Of a DNA stretch of 64,000 bases, positions 1 through 8,872 are shown one piece after another. The stretch comes from Verrucomicrobiota bacterium (GTDB lineage: Bacteria > Verrucomicrobiota > Verrucomicrobiia > Limisphaerales > Palsa-1400): NCBI GenBank assembly GCA_049510745.1, contig JBEKYR010000008.1, positions 64,001-128,000 on the forward strand. The letters are read 5' to 3'. The position numbers and the translations under genes are program-made. Position 1 is the stretch's first letter; the number at the start of each line of letters is the position of its first letter. Below the pieces are notes generated by a model that worked only from the letters and a program-made list of their open reading frames with translations, ran no database searches and was not told the DNA's origin.

Positions 1-227
1 GAGGCCGTGATTTCTCTGGCAAACCGCGCCGCGTCACGACTCCGGAGCAGCGCGACAACAGAACGGCTCACCGCCCCAAACTCGTCCTCGGCGGGCTTGA
101 CTGCCTTCGGCGCCAAAGGAGTCGAACTCCCCGCCGGTGTTTGCGGCGCAAACAGACCAAGAGAAACGACAGCCAGACCAAGCGAAAGCCGAAGCTGAAG
201 GCCGTGGCGAAACTTTTGCGGATTCAT
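1..227 (-). CDS. 5' part of a probable secreted protein (runs off the window edge)
   Basis: ATG at 227 preceded by a GGAGGGA RBS; reads MNPQKFRHGLQLRLSLGLAVVSLGLFAPQTPA..., signal-peptide-like and open to the edge. Confidence 0.6.
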   Translation of the reverse strand, partial: MNPQKFRHGLQLRLSLGLAVVSLGLFAPQTPAGSSTPLAPKAVKPAEDEFGAVSRSVVALLRSRDAARFAREITA

Positions 228-313
228 AGAATCCCTCCTATAGCAGACAGCATCCTGACGCAAGGGAAATCCCGGCGTCGAACCCTTTGACCTCATTTAT
301 CTCGTTCGAACAG

Positions 314-347
314 AAAAAATGAAATTTCGTTGACGAGGCCGCCTTCC
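314..347 (+). repeat. 34-bp direct repeat, left copy
   Basis: AAAAAATGAAATTTCGTTGACGAGGCCGCCTTCC, identical to 5980-6013. Confidence 0.95.
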
Positions 348-392
348 TTGCCCCACTCACTGATTCACTGACTCACTCATTCTTAAATTCCC

Positions 393-565
393 TTTTTTTT
401 CCTTCCGTAGGTTTTTCGCCTTGACGCCCCTGTGTTGTAATCGGGCCAGGATGACTACAAGCCATCTCATACAGGGGCATCGAGGGAGCGGCCGGAGAAC
501 TGAGCCGGCCAACAGGCGCAAGCCGGGCCTGTTTGCCGTAGCTCGGTCCCGCCGGGCGAAGGCGG
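393..565 (+). repeat. Repeat A copy 1 (promoter/leader of terL)
   Basis: Highly similar to 4998-5180; contains TTCCTTCCGTAGGTTTTTC, TTGACG, the ATG of MTTSHL and a terminal GCCGTAGCT...GCGAAGGCGG hairpin-type repeat. Confidence 0.9.
399..452 (+). promoter_or_regulatory. Conserved 19-bp motif plus TTGACG-N20-CAGGAT putative promoter
   Basis: Same arrangement at 5004-5057 (+) and 51067-51120 (-). Confidence 0.55.
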
Positions 566-2064
566 ATGCCTGTGAAAACCCACAATTTCAACTCCGCCAA
601 CAGCTTCTCGGATACCAGAAAGATTGGGTTGACGACCTCTCCCGCTTCAAATTCGGCCTCATGGCCCGCCAAACCGGCAAGGACTTCTCCGCCGCCTACG
701 AAGGCGTCTTTGACTGCCTCCTCCACGACGCCAAGGGCCAAAAAACAGACTGGCTTATCGCCGCCCCCTCCGAGCGCCAATCCCTCGAATCCCTCGAAAA
801 ATGGAAAACTTGGGCGGCCACCTTCAAATCCGCCATCGCCAACTACGAAGAGGAGCGATCCGGCGCCGGAGAAAGCCTCTTATTATCCGCCGCCATCACC
901 TTTCCCCACGGCAGCCGCGTCATCGCCGTCCCCGGAAAACCCGAAACCGTCCGCGGCTTCAGCGCCAACGTCTTACTCACCGAGTTCGCCTTCTTCGAGG
1001 ACCCCGACGCCACCTGGCGCGCCATCGCCCCCAGCATCACCAACCCGCTCCGTGGCGGCGAAAAAAAAGTCAGAATCATCACCACTCCCAACGGCATCGG
1101 CAACAGAGCTTACGACCTCTGGATTAAAAACTATAAGCCAATCAGTGAAGGGAGAATCAGTGAATCAGAGAATGCCCGGCAACTGACTTCCCAATTCACT
1201 GATTCACTGATTCAAACTTCAAAATTGTCTCCGATCTGGTCCTGCCACCTCATTGACATAGAAACCGCCAAAGCTCACGGCCTTCCCGTCGATCTGGACC
1301 AACTCCGCGCCGCCCTCGACGACCCGGACGGCTGGCCCCAGGAATTTGAATGCCAGTTCATCGACGTTCAAACCGTCCTCCTCACCTACGAAACCATCGC
1401 CAGTTGCGAAAGCACGGAGGCTACCAACACCGTCCCGCCCGATTTCTGGTTCGCCAACCGCCACGCCGCCCCACCCCTCGTCATGGGCATCGATTTTGGC
1501 CGCCGCCGCGACCTCACCGTCGCCTGGACCAACCAGCGGCTTGGCGACGTTCAGCAAACCGTCGAAGTCCTCGAACTCGATAATATGTCCACTCCCCTCC
1601 AGGTCGAAATCCTCCGCACCAGAATCAGAAACGTCCACCGAGTCTGTCTCGACTACACCGGCGCAGGCGTCGGCCTTGGCGATTATCTCGCCGGGGAATT
1701 CGGCGAGTGGAACCCCGCCCGGCACAAATTCGGCAAAATCGAGCTTTGCGTCTTCACCCAGCCATTCAAAGTCGAAATCTTTTCAAAACTCCGCATGGCC
1801 TTTGACCAGCGCCTGCTCCGCATCCCCATCTGCCGCGCCATCCGCGAAGACCTCCACACCGTCAACCGCGTCACCAGCCCTAGCGGCCATATCACCTACC
1901 GCGCTACGCACAGTCCGGACGGCCACGCCGACAGATGCACCGCCCTCGCCCTCGCCTGGCGCGCACATCCGGCAACCACCGTCATCGCAGCGTGCGCCGG
2001 CATCCGCCGCCTGCCACCCCACCCCGGAAACCTCTGCCTCGGAAAAGCCGACTACATCCTCTGA
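451..2064 (+). CDS. Mu gp28-like terminase large subunit
   Basis: LLGYQ Q-motif, Walker A ARQTGKD, Walker B-like VLLTEFAF, ITTPNG coupling motif, RNase H-like nuclease motifs GIDFG, LDYTG and HADR; start uncertain (421 or 451). Confidence 0.88.
   Translation: MTTSHLIQGHRGSGRRTEPANRRKPGLFAVARSRRAKADACENPQFQLRQQLLGYQKDWVDDLSRFKFGLMARQTGKDFSAAYEGVFDCLLHDAKGQKTDWLIAAPSERQSLESLEKWKTWAATFKSAIANYEEERSGAGESLLLSAAITFPHGSRVIAVPGKPETVRGFSANVLLTEFAFFEDPDATWRAIAPSITNPLRGGEKKVRIITTPNGIGNRAYDLWIKNYKPISEGRISESENARQLTSQFTDSLIQTSKLSPIWSCHLIDIETAKAHGLPVDLDQLRAALDDPDGWPQEFECQFIDVQTVLLTYETIASCESTEATNTVPPDFWFANRHAAPPLVMGIDFGRRRDLTVAWTNQRLGDVQQTVEVLELDNMSTPLQVEILRTRIRNVHRVCLDYTGAGVGLGDYLAGEFGEWNPARHKFGKIELCVFTQPFKVEIFSKLRMAFDQRLLRIPICRAIREDLHTVNRVTSPSGHITYRATHSPDGHADRCTALALAWRAHPATTVIAACAGIRRLPPHPGNLCLGKADYIL
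1154..1213. repeat. 60-bp palindrome of GAATCAGT 8-mers, in frame inside terL
   Basis: GAATCAGTGAATCAGAGAAT (1154-1173) pairs 19/20 with ATTCACTGATTCACTGATTC (1194-1213). Confidence 0.9.
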
Positions 2065-2065
2065 A

Positions 2066-2180
2066 TGAAAACCGCAGTCTGGTTCAGCAGAGTGTGCGTC
2101 CGTGTTTGTCCGTGCCCATCCTTTCCGTCCTTTTCGTCCTTTTCGTCCCATTTGTCCCATCGCCGTGACCGCCTGGTACC
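2066..2180 (+). repeat. Repeat B copy 1 (10-mer TGTCCGTGTT and 9-mer TTCGTCCT(T/A) arrays)
   Basis: Similar to 4767-4880, including the CAGCAGAGTGT start and CCCATCGCCGTG..CTGGTAC end. Confidence 0.85.
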
Positions 2181-2250
2181 CCAGCCCATCGCTCCAAAAA
2201 ACACGCCCACTTCATCCTTCATCCTTCATCCTTTCCCCCATTCATTGCCC

Positions 2251-2387
2251 CCCAAAATCCCAAGAACCGTCGCAGTACATCCCGGGGAGCGCGCGCGCCC
2301 TCGCGTGCAGCGGTCGGCGCCCCCGCCGACCGCTTCTTCGCTCATAGGCCATCGCTCGGCGGTAAGACCGCGTACGAGAGAGTTGGG
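2251..2387 (-). repeat. REP/MITE-like element family C, copy 1
   Basis: Reverse complement of 50086-50230 and 52453-52590; internal perfect stem GCGGTCGGCG/CGCCGACCGC. Confidence 0.9.
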
Positions 2388-2437
2388 CGCCCCATTCTGG
2401 GTTGACAGGGGGCGCCGCAGGGGGCATTGTCCGAACA

Positions 2438-2544
2438 TGGCGCGAAAGCTTCGCCTGCAATATCCGGGCGCGATTTATCACCCGATGAGCCGCGGCGACC
2501 ACCAGGAGCCGGTCTTTTCCGGCGGTTGCGGCGGGAAACGATGA
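2438..2544 (+). pseudogene. 5' stub of REP-associated tyrosine transposase (RAYT, Y1/HUH)
   Basis: MARKLRLQYPGAIYHPMSRGDHQEPVF matches the typical RAYT N-terminus, then stops; TTGACA upstream at 2402. Confidence 0.8.
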
Positions 2545-2596
2545 TGCCGCTCAAATCAAGTTCAATACTTGTTGCTGGAGAACCCTAAGAAACATC

Positions 2597-3979
2597 ATGC
2601 AACCGGTTCGCAAAACAAAAACGCATTTTGGGATTCCTTACGTTTGGACTCCTGCTGATAAGTCCGCTCAAGCGGCGCTTGAAAAGCAGCGAGGATCAGC
2701 TAGCACGGCTTGGGATGATTATTTGGGGGATCACCAGCAGAATGACTATTTTGGCGACTTGCTAGCCGCTGGAGTTATTAATGGGAAACAGAAGTGGTCT
2801 CAGCGTCCAGAAGAACCTGAACAACGCTTGGCTTTGCTTCAAGCCGACGAACGGCTGTTCCGAAATTGCCAGTTGCGCCTTGATTCGTCTTTGCAGGACG
2901 GACTCTTGCGACTGATTCCAAACGGAATATCCAAACGCGGTGGTTTTCTCTACTACACAGATCGTTTGGATCGGTGCATAGTCTACGACTATCGTATCCC
3001 GCATCATTCACAAAGAGCAGCAAAGGTCATTTCTCTTGTGGACATTCCAGAGCCGGAGTTTCTTTACGATATTGCGACCGCGATTCCCAATGCAGACGAT
3101 GACGTGCGATCTGCGTTGAAAAATGCGCTTGTATATGGGCACAAAATCGTCGTGCATCGTAACACTTTTGTACACGTAGATCGTCGGCGAGACGAGGGAA
3201 CTGCCGGGCCATTTATCGACACACTTATTTTGAACGAGATGCTTCACAAATATGTTTATGAGCATTTTCAAGATTTTGCTGTCGAACGACAGTTTGAAAA
3301 GGCGATGGAGGTCGGAACGGGCAGCGGGATGCTCATTGCCGCGTGCTTCCAAAACCTTCCAGGCATTCGAAGAGTCGTTGCTTTGGACACGGTAATGGAA
3401 TCAGTTCATTGTGCCTACAGGAATGTTCTTGCCAACCATCCTGCATACGGAAAGCTCAGACCAAGCGAGTATTTTGTCTGCGGAAGATTTGATACTGACA
3501 CTTGGCACAAGTACGATGTGGTGTTGTGCAATCCGCCGTATATTCCTCTGAAACCTGGAGCAGAATTAAGCCCGAATGCTACAAGTGCTGTTGGAGGCAC
3601 AGATTTGATGAGTAGCGTTATTTCTGATGCCCCGCTACTCTTGAGTGACCGCGGTTTTCTGTTCATGATTTTTAGCTCGCTCGCGGATTCTGAATTCAAC
3701 CAAGCAATCAACAAAGCCGGCGTGGAATACGCGAACCTTGGACCGCCAACTGGATTCGAGGTGAGATTCGAGGTCGAGGAGGTTTTTGGGGATGGAGACT
3801 GGTTAAACTTTTTAGTTAACGAACGTGGCCTTGTGCATAAGAAGGGGCAATTTCTTCATACCCTTCGATGTGTAGCCATTCATAAGAGCAAAGAACAAGA
3901 ATTCGCCGACGACACCGCCTTATTGGAACGTATGAAACAACTGAACCAAACCTTCGCGGCGATAACGGATGCTAATTGA
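2597..3979 (+). CDS. Class I SAM-dependent methyltransferase, HemK/PrmC-like, with ~190-aa unrecognised N-terminal region
   Basis: Motif I EVGTGSG, motif IV NPPY, P.IDTLIL and GGTDLM..LLSDRG segments; GC visibly lower than host. Confidence 0.8.
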   Translation: MQPVRKTKTHFGIPYVWTPADKSAQAALEKQRGSASTAWDDYLGDHQQNDYFGDLLAAGVINGKQKWSQRPEEPEQRLALLQADERLFRNCQLRLDSSLQDGLLRLIPNGISKRGGFLYYTDRLDRCIVYDYRIPHHSQRAAKVISLVDIPEPEFLYDIATAIPNADDDVRSALKNALVYGHKIVVHRNTFVHVDRRRDEGTAGPFIDTLILNEMLHKYVYEHFQDFAVERQFEKAMEVGTGSGMLIAACFQNLPGIRRVVALDTVMESVHCAYRNVLANHPAYGKLRPSEYFVCGRFDTDTWHKYDVVLCNPPYIPLKPGAELSPNATSAVGGTDLMSSVISDAPLLLSDRGFLFMIFSSLADSEFNQAINKAGVEYANLGPPTGFEVRFEVEEVFGDGDWLNFLVNERGLVHKKGQFLHTLRCVAIHKSKEQEFADDTALLERMKQLNQTFAAITDAN

Positions 3980-3980
3980 T

Positions 3981-4505
3981 ATGAAAGATACAGTAATGTT
4001 GTGTTTTCGAGATCTTATCACAGCGCCTGGAGATTCTATCGCGCAACATAAGAGATTGATCGACGATTACGGGTATTGTTGGTGGGGATGGTGGATGAAG
4101 CCCATTGAGGACGTTCCTAATGAGCTGCTTCTCAAAATCGTTCGCACAAATTCAAACCATGGCAGTGATATATTCTTATACGATTGCGGCCAATATGGTT
4201 TATACCGTGCTACGCTCACCGATGTGGCAATTTCACCAACGAATGTGGGCATGTCTTCCCCCGGAATTGAGCAGACGCCGGAATATTATGTTCACGTCAA
4301 ATGTCGCGCTTGGTTCAAGCTTGAGGGAATAGATCTAGTGCCAGAAAGCGATGCGAAGCTACACCTCATAAAGTATGTAGATTTTCCAAGCTGGCGGCTT
4401 GAGGAGACTCACGACCATTTCAAGGGAAAGAATATCAGCAACTTTCAAGAACTCGACCAAATGGCGGTAACGCTTTGGCATATTGAACTTCCTGAAAATT
4501 TGTGA
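3981..4505 (+). CDS. Hypothetical protein with a GYCWWGWW motif
   Basis: Low-GC ORF starting 1 bp after the methyltransferase stop (alternative overlapping start at 3969). Confidence 0.75.
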   Translation: MKDTVMLCFRDLITAPGDSIAQHKRLIDDYGYCWWGWWMKPIEDVPNELLLKIVRTNSNHGSDIFLYDCGQYGLYRATLTDVAISPTNVGMSSPGIEQTPEYYVHVKCRAWFKLEGIDLVPESDAKLHLIKYVDFPSWRLEETHDHFKGKNISNFQELDQMAVTLWHIELPENL

Positions 4506-4617
4506 TTGCGTCTCCCGCGGCCGTGATTGAGTGAATGAAGGGGTCATGAAGGGGTCAGTTCCTAGCAATGCCGCATTGTGAGTTGACAGGGAGGAGCGGG
4601 AGGGTGCATTTCCGAGC

Positions 4618-4760
4618 ATGGCGCGAAAGCTTCGCCTGCAATATCCGGGCGCGGTTTATCACCTGATGCGCCGCGGCGGCCACCGGGAGCCGCTCTTCCT
4701 GGAGAAGTCCGACCGGCCAATGTTTCCGTCCACCCTGGGCGAGGCTCCTGCCGAGCCGCT
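4618..4760 (+). pseudogene. Second 5' stub of RAYT transposase
   Basis: MARKLRLQYPGAVYHLMRRGGHREPLFLEKSDRPMFPSTLGEA, then runs into repeat B; direct repeat of 2393-2520. Confidence 0.8.
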
Positions 4761-4766
4761 TTGGCA

Positions 4767-4930
4767 AACCGCGCTGTGCCTCAGCAGAGTGTCCGTCCAT
4801 GTTTGTCCGTGTTTGTCCATGCCCGTCCATTTCGTCCTATTCGTCCTATTCGTCCCATCGCCGTGGCCGTCTGGTACGAGCTTATATTTTTTTTGTGATC
4901 TTTGTGATTTTTTGCGGCAATTCATCTTTG
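4767..4930 (+). repeat. Repeat B copy 2 followed by a 9-mer array ending TTGCGGCAAT
   Basis: Similar to 2066-2180; the 9-mer module resembles the reverse complement of 51215-51250. Confidence 0.8.
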
Positions 4931-4997
4931 GTTGCGGCTTGCCGCGCCGTGAAAATCTGTGTCCATCTGTGGCCCGCACCCTTGGCCAATTTTTCTC

Positions 4998-5180
4998 TTT
5001 TTTTTCCTTCCGTAGGTTTTTCGCCTTGACGCCCCTGTGCTGTAATCGGGCCAGGATGACAACAAGCCATCTCATGCAGGGCCATCGAGGGAGCGCCGAG
5101 CGAACCGGGCCGGCCAACAGCCGCAAGCCGGGCCGCTCCGCCGGCCTGTCCGCCGTCGCTCGCTCCCGCCGGGCGAAGGC
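4998..5180 (+). repeat. Repeat A copy 2 (promoter/leader of Gp27-like gene)
   Basis: Highly similar to 393-565. Confidence 0.9.
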
Positions 5181-5224
5181 CGGCAAATCCCGTCAACCCT
5201 CACGCACCAACGAAAGCACATAAT

Positions 5225-5971
5225 ATGTCACGCACTGGAAAAATAGCCCGCCTCCCAACCGCCATCAGGGAACAACTCAACGCCAGAATCGAACAAGGCG
5301 AGCCGTCAATTCACCTCGTCGATTGGCTTAACTCCCTGCCCTCCGTCAATGCCGTCCTCGACACATACTTCGCCGGCCGCCCCGTCACCGACGGCAACCT
5401 CTCTGACTGGAAACACGGCGGCTACAAGGACTGGAAGGCCGAACAAGCCGCCGCCGCCATGTTCGAGAAACTGTGCCAGACTCCTGCCGAAAAACTCACC
5501 GCTCTCCAAAGCGGCCTGATCGACCAGATGGCCACCCTCTACGCCGCCCAACTCCTCTCCGAGATGCAAAAACCAGCGCCCCACGCGGACGACGCCGCCC
5601 GCGCCAAAATTTGGCGCGAATTCCGCCAGGCCTTCGCCTCTCTGCGACGTTACCAGTTCGCCACCCTCGCCATCCAGGACCGCCTCAAGTTCCAGCCCAT
5701 CGAGACCGAAGCCACAGAATCATTCCAACTCACCGAAGACGACAAACGCCGTCGCGTTGAACATCTCCTCGGCGTCGCGGGCGGCCCCGACGCCAACAGA
5801 TTCGACGTAAAAACTCAAACCTGGTCCGGTCCAAACGCCGCTGTCATGAACCGGCAACACCGGAAACTGCTCCTGAAAGCCGCCAAAGAAGCCGGAATCG
5901 ACCTGGAAAACGAAACCCAAAACCCGGACAAATCCGGAGAAATCCGGCCAATTCCGGCCAAATCCGGCTAA
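5225..5971 (+). CDS. Mu Gp27/DUF3486-like (small terminase-like) protein
   Basis: N-terminus GKIARLP..IREQLN.R..GE....LVDWLNS..NLSDWKHGGY; paralogue at 50419-51036; lies in the same island as terL. Confidence 0.65.
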   Translation: MSRTGKIARLPTAIREQLNARIEQGEPSIHLVDWLNSLPSVNAVLDTYFAGRPVTDGNLSDWKHGGYKDWKAEQAAAAMFEKLCQTPAEKLTALQSGLIDQMATLYAAQLLSEMQKPAPHADDAARAKIWREFRQAFASLRRYQFATLAIQDRLKFQPIETEATESFQLTEDDKRRRVEHLLGVAGGPDANRFDVKTQTWSGPNAAVMNRQHRKLLLKAAKEAGIDLENETQNPDKSGEIRPIPAKSG

Positions 5972-5980
5972 ATCGGGCCA
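5921..5980 (+). repeat. 10-bp tandem array (AATCCGGCCA-like, 6 units)
   Basis: AACCCGGACA AATCCGGAGA AATCCGGCCA ATTCCGGCCA AATCCGGCTA AATCGGGCCA. Confidence 0.9.
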
Positions 5981-6013
5981 AAAAATGAAATTTCGTTGAC
6001 GAGGCCGCCTTCC
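5980..6013 (+). repeat. 34-bp direct repeat, right copy
   Basis: Identical to 314-347; contains the gap -35 box. Confidence 0.95.
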
Positions 6014-6023
6014 CGGCTAAAAT
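5996..6023 (+). promoter_or_regulatory. sigma70-type promoter of gap
   Basis: TTGACG-N16-TAAAAT. Confidence 0.65.
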
Positions 6024-6042
6024 TTGTGGCCAACTTCGGTGA

Positions 6043-7125
<1,083 letters not shown>

Positions 7126-7132
7126 TCCTCCC

Positions 7133-7717
7133 ATGCGCATCATCGCGGGCAGCGCCGGGGGGACGATTCTGCGGGCGCCCAAGGGCTTCGACGTGCGGCC
7201 CACGCCCGACCTGGTTCGGCAGGCGGTCTTCAACAGCCTGGGCCGGTGGGTGGCGGGGGCGCGCGTGCTGGAATTGTTCGCCGGCACGGGCGCGCTCAGT
7301 TTGGAGTGCCTGAGCCGCGGCGCCGCGCTGGCTGTTTGCGTCGAGAAATCCAGCCGCCACGCCCAATTCATCCGGCTCAACCTCGAACACTCCCGCCTGC
7401 CCGCCGCCGCGCTGCAAATCCAGGCGCGGGACGCCTTCGCCGCCGTCCGCCAACTGGCCGCCGAGAATCGACAATTCGATTTGGTCCTGGCCGACCCGCC
7501 CTACGGCGAAAAAAACGTCGGCCGGCGCTCGACCTCGTACGCCCAACAACTGCTCGACGATCCCGATCTGCCCAAATTATTGCGCCGCGGCGGCCTGTTC
7601 ATTTTGGGCCACACCAAGCGCGACACCCTGAGCCTTCCGGCAAGCTGGGAGGAAACAAAGATGCTAAAACACGGCGACACCGTGATGCGCTTTCTGCGGA
7701 GCCACTTTGAACCTTAA
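7133..7717 (+). CDS. rsmD: 16S rRNA m2G966 methyltransferase
   Basis: MRIIAG, RPT...R.AVFN, LFAGTG, DPPY. Confidence 0.92.
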   Translation: MRIIAGSAGGTILRAPKGFDVRPTPDLVRQAVFNSLGRWVAGARVLELFAGTGALSLECLSRGAALAVCVEKSSRHAQFIRLNLEHSRLPAAALQIQARDAFAAVRQLAAENRQFDLVLADPPYGEKNVGRRSTSYAQQLLDDPDLPKLLRRGGLFILGHTKRDTLSLPASWEETKMLKHGDTVMRFLRSHFEP

Positions 7718-7755
7718 ACTTTGAACTTTGAACTTTGAACTTTGAACTTTAAACT
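7705..7755 (+). repeat. Heptamer tandem repeat (CTTTGAA, ~7 units)
   Basis: Read directly; spans the rsmD stop and the intergenic region. Confidence 0.95.
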
Positions 7756-7761
7756 CATCCC

Positions 7762-8133
7762 ATGCAGTTCCAAATCATCTTCAATCCGACCAGCGCGGCC
7801 GAGTTGGCGAAAATGCCGCGGGAATTGCAGCTTCACATCTTGGGTGAATTCCGCGGCCTGCCGCACGAGGTCTTGAAAAGCGACCCGCATCACTTCGGCC
7901 GCCTGGAGCGCGCGGGCAAGACCCTCCATCGGTTTCGCCTGGGCGACTACCGCGTCTATTTCGAGCGGCACGAACTGGGGGTGGTGGTCCACCGCATCCT
8001 CAGCCGCAACACGCTCAAGGATTTCCTCTTTCGTTCCAGCCTGCCCACCGGCGAGGACGAAGCCTTGCAGGAAAACCCGAAGTTTTGGGAAATGATCGAA
8101 TCCGCCCGCCTGACCCCGCCCAGGAAAGACTGA
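7762..8133 (+). CDS. RelE/ParE-like protein
   Basis: A..EL.K.P and LHRFRLGDYRVYF RelE-type signature. Confidence 0.7.
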   Translation: MQFQIIFNPTSAAELAKMPRELQLHILGEFRGLPHEVLKSDPHHFGRLERAGKTLHRFRLGDYRVYFERHELGVVVHRILSRNTLKDFLFRSSLPTGEDEALQENPKFWEMIESARLTPPRKD

Positions 8134-8158
8134 CAGGGCTTGTCAACGAAAGCCGCCC

Positions 8159-8776
8159 CTACCCGGCATCCTCGCCCAATTCGACGTTCCAATAGGCCAG
8201 GTCCAGGAAGTGTTTCCAACTGTCGTGTTGGATGCCCACGTTGACCTGGACAAACGGACGCCATTTGGGCCGCTTGGGTTTGCGCACCAGGTGCATGCCC
8301 GCCTCCTGCGGCGTGGAGTTGGCCTTCTGCGTGTTGCAGCGGATGCACGAGCAAACGATGTTTTCCCAGGTCGTCGGGCCGCCCCGGTCGCGCGGGATGA
8401 CGTGATCGAGGTTCAAATCCTTCCGCTCAAAAACCTCTCCGCAGTACTGGCAGGTGTTGCGGTCGCGCTCGAAGATGTTGTGCCGGGTGAATTTGACCTC
8501 CTTCTTGGGCAGGCGGTCGAACATGATCAACAGAATCACCCGCGGGACGCGGATTTTGAACGAGACGGTGGCGATGGTTTCCGGATGCGGCTCCTGCGCC
8601 GAGAAATCGCGCCATTGGCTGAAACTGAACGTCTGAAACACCCCGTCGCCGTCGCTCAACACCACCTGGGCATGGCCTTCGAAGAGAAGGGTCAGCGCGC
8701 GGCGGGCGGTGCAGACATTGACCGCCTGCCAGAGGCGGTTGAGCACCAGCACGTGTTGGTTGAGGAAACAACTCAT
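8159..8776 (-). CDS. HNH endonuclease
   Basis: VLVLN, RD..TCQYCG, DHVIP..RGG..WENIVCSC..CN. Confidence 0.9.
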   Translation of the reverse strand: MSCFLNQHVLVLNRLWQAVNVCTARRALTLLFEGHAQVVLSDGDGVFQTFSFSQWRDFSAQEPHPETIATVSFKIRVPRVILLIMFDRLPKKEVKFTRHNIFERDRNTCQYCGEVFERKDLNLDHVIPRDRGGPTTWENIVCSCIRCNTQKANSTPQEAGMHLVRKPKRPKWRPFVQVNVGIQHDSWKHFLDLAYWNVELGEDAG

Positions 8777-8872
8777 AACCAATAACTTCGACGCGCAGAA
8801 TAGCACAGGGCGTTCCCCGATGTCAACGCGCACTTGCCAACGCCCCCGCGGCGGAGTTAAGATGCCGGCCTT

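Larger units (their letters stand above)
314..6013. mobile_element. ~5.7-kb island bounded by 34-bp direct repeats (terL, RAYT stubs, low-GC cassette, Gp27-like gene)
   Basis: Terminal direct repeats, phage-like genes, low-GC cargo and internal repeats; no integrase seen. Confidence 0.65.

Noticed and set aside
970..995. terL inactivated by Walker B D-to-T change (LLTEFAF)
   Set aside because: The catalytic Glu is retained and all other motifs are intact; it may be a subfamily trait and needs an alignment to decide.
4618..5223. 201-aa intact transposase
   Set aside because: Only about 45 codons are RAYT-like; the rest is read-through of repeats with no HUH or catalytic Tyr motifs.
314..6013. 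Intact Mu-like prophage
   Set aside because: No transposase, portal, capsid, tail or lysis genes; gap follows immediately.
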